Shown here piece by piece: positions 9,814-21,792 of a DNA stretch of 64,000 nt (its first letter is position 1; each line of letters starts with the position of its first letter). The translations under genes and the position numbers were made by a program. The notes beneath the pieces are model-generated. The model saw only the letters and a program-made list of their open reading frames with translations, had not been told where the DNA came from and did no database searches. Origin of the DNA: a virus (lineage: Duplodnaviria > Heunggongvirae > Uroviricota > Caudoviricetes); IMG/VR virus record IMGVR_UViG_3300038345_000251, positions 1 to 64,000 of that record, one strand, 5' to 3'.

Positions 9814-10128
9814 ATCTTTTATTTATTTATACGACAAAATTAATAAATTCTTACAATATTTCCAAATTTATTTTAAAGGGGTAGTGAGGTATTTCTATTT
9901 CTCTCCTACCGAAGTCACTTATCGGAATCTTCTACCCCTTATATACTCAAATGAGTACCTTAATCTTGAAATGTTTTATTTCCGTTCCTACCAGTTTGCA
10001 CACCGTGCCAAAAAGCATTAAATGCAATATCAAAGGCATTAGGATTATCTTTAAGATTAATTTTATTTAATTCACAGAATTGAATAACTATCCTTTGTAC
10101 ATCTGCTCTTGTAATAAACTTTTTCATA

Positions 10129-10443
10129 TTATGCTTCGTATACGTAACCTACCAGGTATCTTGTATTTTTAGTATATAATGTATATACAACATTTATGCC
10201 ATCGAATTTAAGTTTTCTAATTTCCTTAGAAATTCCTTCCTCATCAAAATCATATTCATTATTATCTGGACTTGCATTAAGATAATTCTCATCAATGGCA
10301 ATCATAATTCTGTCATCTTTACAGAATTCAGAAACATTGTCAAACAATAGCGTTTCCGTATTAAGAGCGTGAACACTATTAGGAATATCAAAGTACCAAT
10401 CAATGGTTTTATCTTCAGTAATGGCAAATTTCTTCAGTTTCAT
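10129..10443 (-). CDS. Hypothetical early protein
   Basis: ORF track. Confidence 0.55.
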   Translation of the reverse strand: MKLKKFAITEDKTIDWYFDIPNSVHALNTETLLFDNVSEFCKDDRIMIAIDENYLNASPDNNEYDFDEEGISKEIRKLKFDGINVVYTLYTKNTRYLVGYVYEA

Positions 10444-10449
10444 AATTAA

Positions 10450-10701
10450 TTAGTCTTTATAAAAACCTGCATACTTAAGGGAAGTTCTTGTATAAGCCCA
10501 ACCGTTTACATTATCCACATAGATAATCCAAGGATATTTCTTGAATAAGGCTGCAACGGCATATCGGAAATCAGTCTTACATTCTTTGACTTTAACTTTA
10601 AGCATATCTTCTCCTACAATGATATAATCAAGTTTCAGAGACTTATATTTCTTAGCAAGAAATTCGATAATTTCTTTTTCTATTTCCTTTTTACTTTTCA
10701 T
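10450..10701 (-). CDS. Hypothetical early protein
   Basis: ORF track. Confidence 0.55.
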   Translation of the reverse strand: MKSKKEIEKEIIEFLAKKYKSLKLDYIIVGEDMLKVKVKECKTDFRYAVAALFKKYPWIIYVDNVNGWAYTRTSLKYAGFYKD

Positions 10702-10740
10702 TTCTATTTTAGATAAGTAATTTTTTTGAATCTACAAAAT

Positions 10741-11307
10741 TTAAATTCCAAAATATTCAAAATAGAATTGTTCAAAGTTATTTTTATCTTTAAAAAACTC
10801 ATCTATATCTCCATCTTCATCATTGTCCCAATAAACAAGTTTGTTATAATTTTCTCCGTTAACTAAACGGATTTCAAATTTATTCGTGCCATCGTGATGG
10901 CAATTAGTAATAACCATCACATTATTTTCAATGCTAATAGCATAGTATTCAGCATCTTTAAGACATTTATGGATTGCATCCATAAGTTCCATACAAACAG
11001 GAACAATAGATTTTCTTCCATCCCATAACCCCAATTGTCCAGTTACAACACAATCAAGACAACGATTCTCCATAGCATCCTTAAGGTTATCCCAAAAATC
11101 TTCTTCCTCAAACTGACAATTAACATAGTACCAATTCATAAAATGAATACTATTTCCACAATCATCCTTCGCCACTAAATCATCTTCATCCTCACCAGTG
11201 TAAGAATATCCACAATCTTCGCACCAAAGTTTGAAATCTTCAATGTAATCTTTAGGATTGCGATTGTACGTATCAATCAGAGTAATGTTAGAATCAATCT
11301 TATTCAT
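10741..11307 (-). CDS. Conserved phage early protein (GLWDGR...HHDGTN)
   Basis: Acidic ORF behind promoter repeat at ~11330. Confidence 0.65.
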   Translation of the reverse strand: MNKIDSNITLIDTYNRNPKDYIEDFKLWCEDCGYSYTGEDEDDLVAKDDCGNSIHFMNWYYVNCQFEEEDFWDNLKDAMENRCLDCVVTGQLGLWDGRKSIVPVCMELMDAIHKCLKDAEYYAISIENNVMVITNCHHDGTNKFEIRLVNGENYNKLVYWDNDEDGDIDEFFKDKNNFEQFYFEYFGI

Positions 11308-11587
11308 ATCAGTTCCTTTTTGTTTCCGACTACAAAGGTAGTAAACTTTTTTGAATCTACAAAATTTTTTTATTAATATTTTGTTTGCTTGATTATTAAT
11401 TATACTGCAAAGTTAATAAATTATTTCGACATATACAAATATTTTTTTAATTATTTTTTTTACTGGAATTCAAGTTTTATTTTAATATAAAATTGTCTAG
11501 AAATCCAGTAAAAATTTATACGTTAAAGGGATTGTATTTCTACAATCCCCAACGGAAACAAACTACAATATATGAAAGAAACAGAAA

Positions 11588-12118
11588 TTAATCTTCTTCA
11601 AGTGTATAGAAAATAGCAATGAACGTGTTATTTTCGATTTCGGTATCTTCGATAGTAAGGAAAATTTGTTCGCTATCATCTTCATTAGAAATAAAGAGAA
11701 AAACTTGATTACTATTTTCGTTAAAATAGATACCGATAATATCAGAATCAAACTCTTCGATTTCGATAGGGTTAGGATGAACAACCCAATTAACAGAATC
11801 AAAAACCTTCCCAGTATTTGTCAGAATAAGAAATCCAATGTATTCTTTAATAGCATCAAGGCAATATTCCCTAATGAAATCAAGTTCAGTACTAATAGCC
11901 ACCTCATCCATTTTCCAACCGCCATTTTCAACCATATCGTTAATGGCAGCAAAGGCTTCATCTACATTTCCGTAAATAGTAGGAACACCCTTACTATCCA
12001 TACCTACAATGTTATTATTGTAAATAACAAAGTTCATTCTTGCCTCATCAAGATATTTAGCAACCGATTTATCCAAATCGTTTGCATTATTAATAAAATA
12101 ATCCTGCTTAAGTTTCAT
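11588..12118 (-). CDS. Hypothetical early protein
   Basis: ORF track. Confidence 0.6.
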   Translation of the reverse strand: MKLKQDYFINNANDLDKSVAKYLDEARMNFVIYNNNIVGMDSKGVPTIYGNVDEAFAAINDMVENGGWKMDEVAISTELDFIREYCLDAIKEYIGFLILTNTGKVFDSVNWVVHPNPIEIEEFDSDIIGIYFNENSNQVFLFISNEDDSEQIFLTIEDTEIENNTFIAIFYTLEED

Positions 12119-12120
12119 AA

Positions 12121-12417
12121 TTAGATAAGTTCAATTCCCGATACTTTGACAAAATTTCCGTTCTTGATATTGTATTCAACATCCTTTTTGCTATTTACAC
12201 TAAATCGTGTATAATCACGCAAGAAAATGTACAAATGTTTCAAGGTAGTTTTAGAGTAATCCCAACTGGGAGAGAGATAAATTTTTCCGTCATTGTTATT
12301 CTTTTGAGCAATCACAGAATCATAGGATTGGAAATAAACGCCCTGTTCGCCAACGATAACAAACTGATTGGCAGCAGGATTGTTTTTGTCATTGATAAGT
12401 TGTGAAACTGAAATCAT
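12121..12417 (-). CDS. Conserved small phage protein (NQF...FQSYDS..A...WDYSKTT.KH)
   Basis: Recognisable motif pattern of phage early genes; promoter at ~12460. Confidence 0.7.
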   Translation of the reverse strand: MISVSQLINDKNNPAANQFVIVGEQGVYFQSYDSVIAQKNNNDGKIYLSPSWDYSKTTLKHLYIFLRDYTRFSVNSKKDVEYNIKNGNFVKVSGIELI

Positions 12418-12499
12418 TGTTTTGTTGTTTTAGGATTTAACTTCCGTTTTTGTTTGACACTACAAAGGTAGTAAATATTTTTTAATCTACCAAATTTTT

Positions 12500-12793
12500 T
12501 TAACTAAATTTTACAATTCGTTTGTAAATCATCAGTTTTTCCTGCAAGGGTAGTTCTAAGAGATTATCTTCATTCTCATACACTTCTCCATCCTCATCTG
12601 TATATTCGCTTGTGACAATCAATTCATCCTCGCTTCTATACAAGGTTTTATAGTGTGTACGATTCGCTTGAAAATCAAGGTTAACCTCTTCCTCATCTTC
12701 AATCATTTTAAGCAACCCATTATCAATATGGGAATCAAGTTTTCCGCAAAGTTCAATAACTTTGTTATATTCGTCTCTACTAATCGGCTTCAT
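12500..12793 (-). CDS. Hypothetical early protein
   Basis: ORF track, start moved to MKPI. Confidence 0.55.
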   Translation of the reverse strand: MKPISRDEYNKVIELCGKLDSHIDNGLLKMIEDEEEVNLDFQANRTHYKTLYRSEDELIVTSEYTDEDGEVYENEDNLLELPLQEKLMIYKRIVKFS

Positions 12794-12797
12794 AATT

Positions 12798-13517
12798 TTA
12801 GTCTTTATAATAGTTCGGCAAATTCTCAAAATAATAGGTAAGGGTATCAAAGGAAAGAAACTTGACATACTGCCACAAACTGCTTCGGATATTCAGTTCA
12901 TTTACAAGAAAATGTAACACATAATCCATAAAGGTAGTTTCCCAACGTGTGAATTTATGAATACTCCAAAACTCATAAGCAAGATTGGCAATCATATCCA
13001 TAATATCATCTTCGGAAGCATCTACCTTAAAGGCATCAATGTTATTTTCGTATGCCTTAAAGACTACGATAGTGAACCACTGCAATACGATATTGTATTC
13101 AAGTTCTTTTGTTTCATCACAATTACCTTTGAGATAGATTGACATTTTATCAGCCATAGCATCCCTACGCATCTTTTCAATATCAAAGTATCTGCCATAA
13201 ATATCATCACGATTAAGGATAGTTTCAGTTTCGATAAGAGCATCAACAAGTTTGTAACACTCCACCAAGAGTTTAGGAAATTCTTTGGGTTCGGGAAAGT
13301 TATTTCCACCAAACCAACAATCATTGATTTGACAACATTCAAGGGTTTTTTCTACACCATATCGGGTAGCAAAATAATGAAATTCCACATAATCAGTAAG
13401 GATAAAGACATTTTCTTCTCCATCAGCACCTCTATCCACATTCCAATCCTGGAAAAGTCTTGCGTAATCGTCAACACCAAGTTTGTTTTTTTTCAAGTAT
13501 TCGCTTGTATTTTTCAT
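12798..13517 (-). CDS. Hypothetical early protein
   Basis: ORF behind promoter at ~13541 (start MKNTSEY). Confidence 0.6.
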   Translation of the reverse strand: MKNTSEYLKKNKLGVDDYARLFQDWNVDRGADGEENVFILTDYVEFHYFATRYGVEKTLECCQINDCWFGGNNFPEPKEFPKLLVECYKLVDALIETETILNRDDIYGRYFDIEKMRRDAMADKMSIYLKGNCDETKELEYNIVLQWFTIVVFKAYENNIDAFKVDASEDDIMDMIANLAYEFWSIHKFTRWETTFMDYVLHFLVNELNIRSSLWQYVKFLSFDTLTYYFENLPNYYKD

Positions 13518-13592
13518 ATTATTGTTTGTTTTTGTTTGACAATGCAAAGGTAAGTAAAAATTTTTGAATTACCAAAAAAAGTGTGGAAAATA

Positions 13593-13904
13593 TTAATCAA
13601 ACATTTCCACTATTTCCCTACGCATTCCCATAAGTTCATTACGGATTTCACGTAATTTACCTTTGGGTGCGATAGCCACGCACATAGTATAACCCTTATA
13701 CTTATCATCAAAGATAATATTTACTCCCTCTTCCTTAAACTGATTTACATTGTTCATTGCATCAGTAATTTCTTCGGGAATCATATACTCATCAAGATAA
13801 TTCTTGACACATTCAATGGCTTCGCTTTCGGTAAAAGCACCATTTTTTTCAATCTCATACGCATTTTCCTCGGTTGCGTAATAAACAATGTAATTCTTTT
13901 TCAT
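13593..13904 (-). CDS. Hypothetical early protein
   Basis: ORF behind promoter at ~13938. Confidence 0.6.
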   Translation of the reverse strand: MKKNYIVYYATEENAYEIEKNGAFTESEAIECVKNYLDEYMIPEEITDAMNNVNQFKEEGVNIIFDDKYKGYTMCVAIAPKGKLREIRNELMGMRREIVEMFD

Positions 13905-14163
13905 ATCCGTTTGTTTTTCTTGTTTCTACTTATTTATACTGCAAAGATAGTAAATTCTTTCATATAAACAAAACTTTTTAAACTAAAAAAAATCATTGAA
14001 CGCATCCAAATCAGTATAGTTTGGATTTTGTTTTTTCTTTTTTTTAATTTTATACTCTATTATAATAATTGGTGAAACAGCTACTAAAAGAATTAAAACT
14101 ATTATGATAATGCCATAGATTGTTATCAATAAATCTTCGCCAAACATATTATTTATCTTTTTT

Positions 14164-14409
14164 TTAAATATTTAATTTACCAAAACTACAATATATAGGT
14201 AAATCAGTATGTTTACGTAAAAAATGTGCAATCTGCCATACTCTATGCATATTAATATATTTGTCCATAAACAAACTCCAATGAATACAAATGTATTCAG
14301 GACTATGCCAATATTCCAAATCACAATTTTCTTCCTGCAAATACTTATAATGATTGTTTGCCTTTTCGAACAAAGGAAGAATCTCTTTTTCGTACTTTGA
14401 TAAACTCAT
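14164..14409 (-). CDS. Hypothetical early protein
   Basis: ORF behind promoter at ~14432. Confidence 0.5.
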   Translation of the reverse strand: MSLSKYEKEILPLFEKANNHYKYLQEENCDLEYWHSPEYICIHWSLFMDKYINMHRVWQIAHFLRKHTDLPIYCSFGKLNI

Positions 14410-14637
14410 AATATTGTGTTTTTGTTTTCTGACTGCAAAGGTAATAAACTTTTTCCAATCCACCAAATTTATTTTTACTTTTTTTATTCTCTAGAATTCC
14501 AGTATTTTTTTATCTGGTTAAAGTCTGGAAATCCAGCAATAATATTATTAATATAAAAAGAAGGACTGGTATATGAATTACCAGTCCTTCCAAGAAAAAA
14601 GTGATTCGAACAATATTAGAATAAAACCATGAAACTA

Positions 14638-15395
14638 TCAGATTTCGTGAATATCTCCTGCGAACATTTTAATATCGTAATCGTCTGCTTCTACGACTGA
14701 ACAACATTCAGCATCTTCTTCATCATAGAACAAGTCATTTTTCAGACAAGCATCAATTACTTCACTTTCGTGATTTTCATCATAGTTTCCGTGAACCATA
14801 ATGGAATATCCGTGATAACCAAATACATTAACAAGCAAATACTTCATAATTACCAAATTTCTTTTTCTTGTACTGCAACATAAGTTTCATATTCACCAGC
14901 ATTGCCATCAACATAGGCATTGAAAGATTCTTCATCTTCGTTAATTACTACATCAGATTCAGTAGCAATCCAAGTATCAGTACGTTCTCTATTGACAATG
15001 GATTTCATTGCACCAAGAGCTTTTTCCTTATCCTTATACACACTAATTCTTGTATCGTGTGCATATTCAAACGTGTATTGTTCGACTACAATATAAACCT
15101 TTTTCATATCCTCAAATGAGTACTATTCCTTTACAATAACTTTGTAAATATCATTTACAATATCAGAATGAAAATCAGAAAGATTATCTTCTTCAATTCC
15201 AAAATCTTTGGTATAACTAACCAAAATCAATTTACCTTTTTGAATAACAAGTTTCAAAAGTTGTGTATTGATATAATCATCATATCTGTCCAACACCATT
15301 TCAGTGTCCAAAGGAAACAGATATTCTTTTCCGTGTGACTTCACAATTTCTTTCAAATCGTGAATCAAATAATTCTTATTCTTGTTAGCCATCAC
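14638..15395 (-). CDS. Three small tandem hypothetical genes (14638..14847, 14850..15107, 15123..15395)
   Basis: Closely spaced ORFs in track. Confidence 0.55.
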
Positions 15396-15431
15396 TTAAT
15401 TTGGCAGGGGATTTCTCCCCTGCCTTGATTG

Positions 15432-15899
15432 TTAGCAACCAACCGCCTTGCAAATCTTATGAAAGTCTTTGCGTTCATCAGTCAAAGGCTTCTTCAACTT
15501 CGCAAGAGCACTTTCAAAGTCACTCACACTATGAGAAACCTTTTTATAGAATTTCGTGCACACACGATAGGTAACATCATTGGGTGCACCATCAATTCCG
15601 TTAGCCTTATTATAGGCAACCGCCATATCAAAAATAGTCTGTGCCTTTTCCTTATCAAAGGATTTGTAACCCTTCTCAAACTCTTCGTTCTTAAACGCAC
15701 CTGCGCTAATTCCGCAAGAGAGAATTGCGTACATAGGCATATACTTATTTTCCTTCTTGAAAGCAAGTACCGCCTCACAAACGGCTTTATGAGCCATCAA
15801 ACGAGCCTTTTCCTTCTTGTACTGAGCAAGATTATACTTACCGCTAATCTTAGTGTTAGCGACTTCAACGATACGATTTTCAACCGAATTCTGCTTCAT
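15432..15899 (-). CDS. Basic hypothetical early protein
   Basis: Promoter at ~15942, terminator GGCAGGGGA..TCCCCTGCC at ~15402-15425. Confidence 0.65.
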   Translation of the reverse strand: MKQNSVENRIVEVANTKISGKYNLAQYKKEKARLMAHKAVCEAVLAFKKENKYMPMYAILSCGISAGAFKNEEFEKGYKSFDKEKAQTIFDMAVAYNKANGIDGAPNDVTYRVCTKFYKKVSHSVSDFESALAKLKKPLTDERKDFHKICKAVGC

Positions 15900-15979
15900 A
15901 GTAGTTTTGTTTTTTATTGTTTAACTTCCGTTTTTGTTTGACAATGCAAAGGTAAGAAAAATATTTGAATCTACCAAAT

Positions 15980-17207
15980 TTATCTTGAAAAAATATCAAG
16001 TTTATTTGAAATTTCATCTACATACCCACTAATTTCTTTCGTGAGTTTCATTGCTTGCATAATTTCTTCTTCATTCAGAGAATCTTCGTACACTTCTCCA
16101 TCAGCGCACCAACCGACAAAGGGTTCAATTCCGTTTTCTTCAACGACATCGTTAATCAGCATATTCGCCACTTGAATTGCAACCGCTTGTTTTACTGCTT
16201 TACTATACATTTCCTTTATTATTAATTATACTGCAAAGTTAATAAATAATTCTGATATATGCAAATTTATTTTGCGTTTTCGATAACTTTTTGATATTGC
16301 TTATCAAGCCAATTTTCATCCACTTCATAGATTTCATCCATATCGGATAAAGCATTATAGCAAACGAAAATCATATCTTCTTCAAGCCATACACGAATTT
16401 CGTTACCGACACATTCGTTATAATCATTAATGGCTTCTGCCTTTTGTTCGATAGTCAGTTCTTCTTTCATAATTTGTCTTTATTAATTATACTGCAAAGT
16501 TAACAAATTATTTCGACATTACCAAAACATTTTTTCAATATCTGCATAAAATCTTATAATTGACCAAATAACATCACTTTTATCTACCAAGAGTTCTGCT
16601 TCTCCATCGGTATAATGAACCATCAAGTCATTATCACTATCAGTATAGATATAATCCACACTTTTAATCACATCACTTGAAATAGTCTTACAAGGATGGA
16701 TAACGTTAAGTTTTCCTTTACATTTTTCATTAACAAACCAAGTAAGATAGGAAATAGCACCACAATTAGCACTACTTATTCCGTTATGACATTCATTGAA
16801 ATCTCCGTAACAAGCCATAGTTTATTTGTCTTTATTAATTTATACTGCAAAGTTAATAAATTCTTACAATATATGCAAATATTTTTTTAATAAATTGCTT
16901 TAATATATTTCTTAAATTCATTTGCTTTCAGTTTCAGCAAAGCATCTTTCAGAATTCCGTCATTACAATAAGTACCCTTATCGTTTTCGTGAGTAAATCC
17001 AAGTTCCCTATTGTCCACAACACCATCCCACGAACCACTTTCGTTCATTACTGAAAGACAACACTTACGATTGAATCCAAGACAATCGCCATTGGAAAAC
17101 TCTACATAGATAAGAAACTTCTTACCATTATGTTCGACAACTTCATAATAGGTAGTCTTATAACTACTATTTTTACCAATGTTAACTTTCTTCAAAAGGG
17201 TTTTCAT
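15980..17207 (-). CDS. Four single-gene promoter cassettes (15980..16210, 16267..16470, 16519..16818, 16887..17207)
   Basis: Each ORF lies between two promoter repeats. Confidence 0.6.
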
Positions 17208-17383
17208 ATTCTTTTTTGCTTTATGTTTCTGACTGCAAATATAAAACAAAAAAATGATATATCCAAATTTATTTTCAAAAATTTTTATTTACTTGAATTC
17301 CAGTATTTTAAACTTAAAATATTTTCTAGAAATCCAGCCATAATATAATAATATAATAAAAAATGGCTGGATTTCTCCAACCA

Positions 17384-18216
17384 TTAAAGTGTTTCAGTAG
17401 GTTCTAATTCAACAAAAGAAATTGGATGTATATCAAGAAACCAAGATAAGAAACGTTTACCTTTATAGAAATATTTATTTTGTTCTCTTTGTAGTTCACG
17501 TTCTGCCTTAGTATTTCTCCAAGTATCTCTCATTCGTTCATAAAGGACTTTTGCATCCATATCATTGATTTCTTCTTCCATTGTTCAATCCTCATCTTTA
17601 ATTATAGATTGGTTTCAACTTATAATAGTCACAAACTCTTTTTGCAATATTCCACCCTTTGGTTTTGGGAGTATTATAATAGTCCCTAATATAAGTAATC
17701 ACTACTCCGAAAGGATTTTCTTTATCCTTATATGCTCTATTAAGAATATAGTCCCTGTCTAAATCCTTAATAACTGATTGGAAAATTTCTTCTTCGTTCA
17801 TAGTGCAAAGGTAATAAAATAATTTGAAATATGCAAATTTATTTCTTCTTTTCTACTTCAATTTCAAAAAGATTTTCATCAAGGTATGGACTATAATAAG
17901 GGTATTTATCCTCAAATTCAATATGTTCATAACATACAAGGTTATCATCCCTGCCATAAACACCCCAAGCAATCTGATAAAGTTCATCAAGTTCTTCGGT
18001 TTCCCAAATCAGTTCTTCATCAGTAATTTCTTCATCGAACATCTTTTTATTTTCGTATTCACACCATCCAATAGGAATGGTTTTCGGAACACTATTACCA
18101 TAAGCACCATTCATATCAAGAACGGCTTTGCTATCAGTCAGTTCAACAATAACACCGAAAACTCGTTTCGCAACATCAAATACAATTTCTCCTTTCCTTA
18201 AAATATGGTTTCTCAT
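17384..18216 (-). CDS. Three small hypothetical genes (17384..17581, 17598..17801, 17839..18216)
   Basis: ORF track plus promoter repeats at ~17802 and ~18236. Confidence 0.55.
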
Positions 18217-18272
18217 ATCTGTGTTTATTAATTATACTGCAAAGTTAATAAATAATTTTGATATATGCAAAT

Positions 18273-19037
18273 TTATTTCTTCAATTTTTCACTTGCACGT
18301 GCTAAATCCTGCAACATCGTATCGTCATCGGGAATACCAAATTCGTTTTTCAGATATTGTTCCTGTCCTCTCAAATATCCTGCAATATAACCAGAACGAT
18401 AACCCTCTAACGTTCCTTGCTTATAACTATTATCTTTGTTATGTCCATCCAATTTGATTCGGGTAATAAACTTCCCAAGATTCAACAATGTTTCAGTCAA
18501 AAGTTTCCTATGTAATTCTTCTCCAATATAATTCTTATTAACTAAAACAACCCCTTTCTTATTCATACTATGGATTGAAACTTCAAAATCATCATCGTAT
18601 TGCCACAATGCCAAAGTATAAAGATTCTTATAATGGAACAAATGGCAAATACTTCCTTTGGGAGTTTCATTAGAAAAATCATAAACAAAGTTCTGTATCT
18701 TCTTAAAATTATCATTCAAGAATTTCTTTTGCTTATCTTCTTCTACTTTAATTGCGTTTTGCAATTCAATGACTTTCTTTTCTGCCTCACTAAGTTCCTT
18801 TACTTCTTCGACAATAGGTTCTTCATCAACCGCAACAATATCTTTATCCTCAACTGATTCTAATTCGGTTGTTTCTTCGACAACTTCATCAGTAGTTTCT
18901 ACTTCGATTGGTTCTACATCTTGTTCATTATTTTCTTCTTGTTCATTATTCGTGAACGTCTTTTTTTTATGAACAATAGTATAGATACCTGCACCAATAA
19001 CCAAGATTCCAATTATAATATAAATAATAATATCCAT
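18273..19037 (-). CDS. Membrane-anchored protein (N-terminal TM, acidic linker, coiled coil)
   Basis: MDIIIYIIIGILVIGAGIYTIV then E-rich linker. Confidence 0.65.
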   Translation of the reverse strand: MDIIIYIIIGILVIGAGIYTIVHKKKTFTNNEQEENNEQDVEPIEVETTDEVVEETTELESVEDKDIVAVDEEPIVEEVKELSEAEKKVIELQNAIKVEEDKQKKFLNDNFKKIQNFVYDFSNETPKGSICHLFHYKNLYTLALWQYDDDFEVSIHSMNKKGVVLVNKNYIGEELHRKLLTETLLNLGKFITRIKLDGHNKDNSYKQGTLEGYRSGYIAGYLRGQEQYLKNEFGIPDDDTMLQDLARASEKLKK

Positions 19038-19038
19038 T

Positions 19039-20941
19039 TTAGATTTCTCTTTTAATATAATTATTAGAATTAATATCGTGCTTAATAATATCCCCAACTT
19101 CCATTTCATTTAACGATACTCGTTGAGGTAAACATTTAGGCAATGGATAATTTGTTTCTACAAGTTCATAAGCTTTAAACTTATCCCAAATACCAATACG
19201 TGGTACTTCTTCATCAGTCTGCATAATTACAGGCGGTTCGTTTGTTTGTGTGTTAATTAACTTGAATTGTTTCATTATATCTACTATTTAATTTATACTG
19301 CAAAAATAATAAATTCTTTCAATATATGCAAGAAAAAAAGGAGTTTTTTTTAACTCCTTTATTCTGCTTTACTATCCTTTATTCTGCTTTACTATTTACT
19401 TTTACATTCGGATGCAAAAGATTGATAAGAATTGACAACCCAAATGCTTGTCCAACTGTAATTGTGTGTGCAATAACCCCCGTAGGGAAAAGAATAGGCA
19501 TCAACCAATTCCACAACCACATCACTGGATAAGCCATCAGAAAACTAAGTCCAAGTGCAACTAGCAACCAAATGAAATAATAAACAATAACTTTAGGTAC
19601 CATAATATTAATTATTTAATATAATCGTTATTTTTTGTTTTATACCAAATTATCTTCTATTAATAGATATAAAGTTTCATCGTCCATTTCATCAATTTCT
19701 TGTTTAGTAAAAAAATTGAGTTCAGCAACAAGTACATCACCATCATAAACATCAAACCCCTCAACATCTACGTGCCCAAGTTCATCAACATCGGCATCAA
19801 AGAAATAACGAAAACGATAGCCAATTCGTTCAAATTCAAACCCCATATCTCTTGTTTATTTTATTATTATACTGCAAAGTTAATAAATAATTCTGATATA
19901 TGCAAATTTATTTCTTGCCAATCAGCATATCCCAAGTCCCTTCAAGAGCATCTGCAATATACGAAAGTTCATCAGTACTAATCAGTTCTACGTTCAGTTC
20001 TTTGGGTTCTGCATCAGTATAGAGTTCATCATTAAGACAACCAGTAATGATAGTCAGTTTCCTATTTTCATCAACGTGAATTTCCTGCACAATTCTATAT
20101 TCAGTACAATCGTTTCCCTCACAATCGGTTACAATTACACCAACACTCGGATTCGTAACCAAATCGCAAGCTTCGATTACCCAATCACAACCAGCACAAG
20201 GTTCTTCTCCCTTATAGATATACATAAAAATCATCTTCATTTCAAAGATAATAAAATCCACAAGTTCCTTACGAGCCTTACTGATAATGTCCTGTGCTTT
20301 CATAGTATTTTTCCTTTTTTTAATTTGACAATGCAAAGGTAATAAACTTTTTTGAATCTACCAAATTTTTTTTAGTTCAGTTTCATCAATCCATTCATAA
20401 AGATATTTACCAATAGTATTATCAATAATAATATATTTGGTAGTATCTCTCTGATTCATAACATCACATACAACAAAGGTTGAATCGTGCCATATTACTT
20501 TATCACCTTTGTCAAATTTATTCTTATGCAAAGAACCACAATGTTTTCTAAGAATATCAAATACTTTCATAACCATAATCTTCGTTTAAAACATCAATAG
20601 AATAATTAACAATTTCTATTTTGTTACCATCTGTTCTTTTGCAAATAGCAAAATCGGCATAACTCTCTTTTTTAAATCCAATGATTTCAATTACCCAACT
20701 GAAATAACATTTACCATTGCCTACAAACTTAGGCATCCGTTCTCTGAATTTATCTCCTATCTTCATATTAATCACAATATCCACTACGAACACAACCTTT
20801 ACCTTTTACCATTACTCGGTAAGCAAAACCAAAGGCTTCTTTACCCATCCTTACGGCTTCGTTAATAGACTTGCACTTAATAGGAGTAAAAATGTACCCA
20901 TTTCTTGCATTAACAACTAATGTACATTCCTGCGCTTTCAT
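19039..20941 (-). CDS. Run of small hypothetical genes (19039..19275, 19379..19603 membrane, 19640..19846, 19908..20303, 20358..20576, 20557..20766, 20768..20941)
   Basis: ORF track with promoter repeats. Confidence 0.55.
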
Positions 20942-21045
20942 ATTATTTTGTTTATTATGCACTCAAATGAGTACCTTTCCGTTTGACAATGCAAAGGTAA
21001 GAAAAATATTTGAATCTACCAAATTTATTTGTAAATATAATAAAA

Positions 21046-21735
21046 AAAAACGGAAGCCCCCATCTTCCGTTTTCTTGTCCAACTCTAAAAACTATTCCCG
21101 AAAAACTCCACGTTGGGTAAATACTAGTTTTTCCACCCCAGCCTTTTAACCCGATACCCCATTTCGGTAACTCCAGCGGGTAAGTTAAAATGTAATTAAA
21201 ATAAAATCAAATAATATAATCTCTTTTAATCCAGACTATAACCATTCCATATCAGTTAGTCAGACTAAATATGTCATAAGGTTTTTTAATTTAGGTAAAC
21301 CATCCACTCCTTCGGGCTATGCCATTGTGGTCGCGACCCACCTTTATCTTTACCCCTGCACTTGCTTCATCTGGTTTACTTTATTCCTTATCGGTTTTTG
21401 TGCATCTACTTCTCGATGCTATTACGGCTTCCTAATCCATTAAGTTTACTCTGTTCCGTAGTTTAGTTAGAGTTCCTACGTTTTATTAAATCAATATCAA
21501 AAATCCTATTATCTATTTTTTACGGCTTATCTCTGATTCTCATAAAAGTTTCTCGCATTAAAATTACACCAAATCTTTATCTCAGTAAATAATTTTAAAT
21601 GTTTTTTACGGCTTATCTCTGATGTGCATACTATTCACACGTTAAAGGGTTAATGATTTAGGTTTTAGTTTTAATTAATAGTTTAGGTTAAATTAACTTG
21701 TTAAAAATATCGCTTCATCTTATTTCCCTTTTTGT
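21046..21735 (-). ncRNA. Candidate large structured ncRNA (~680 nt)
   Basis: ORF-free, locally GC-richer stretch between promoter repeat (~21741) and intrinsic terminator AAAACGGAAG..CTTCCGTTTT (~21046-21073). Confidence 0.55.
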
Positions 21736-21792
21736 TTGACACTGCAAAGATAACACTTTTTTTTGAATCTACCAAATTTTTTTTAATTTTTT

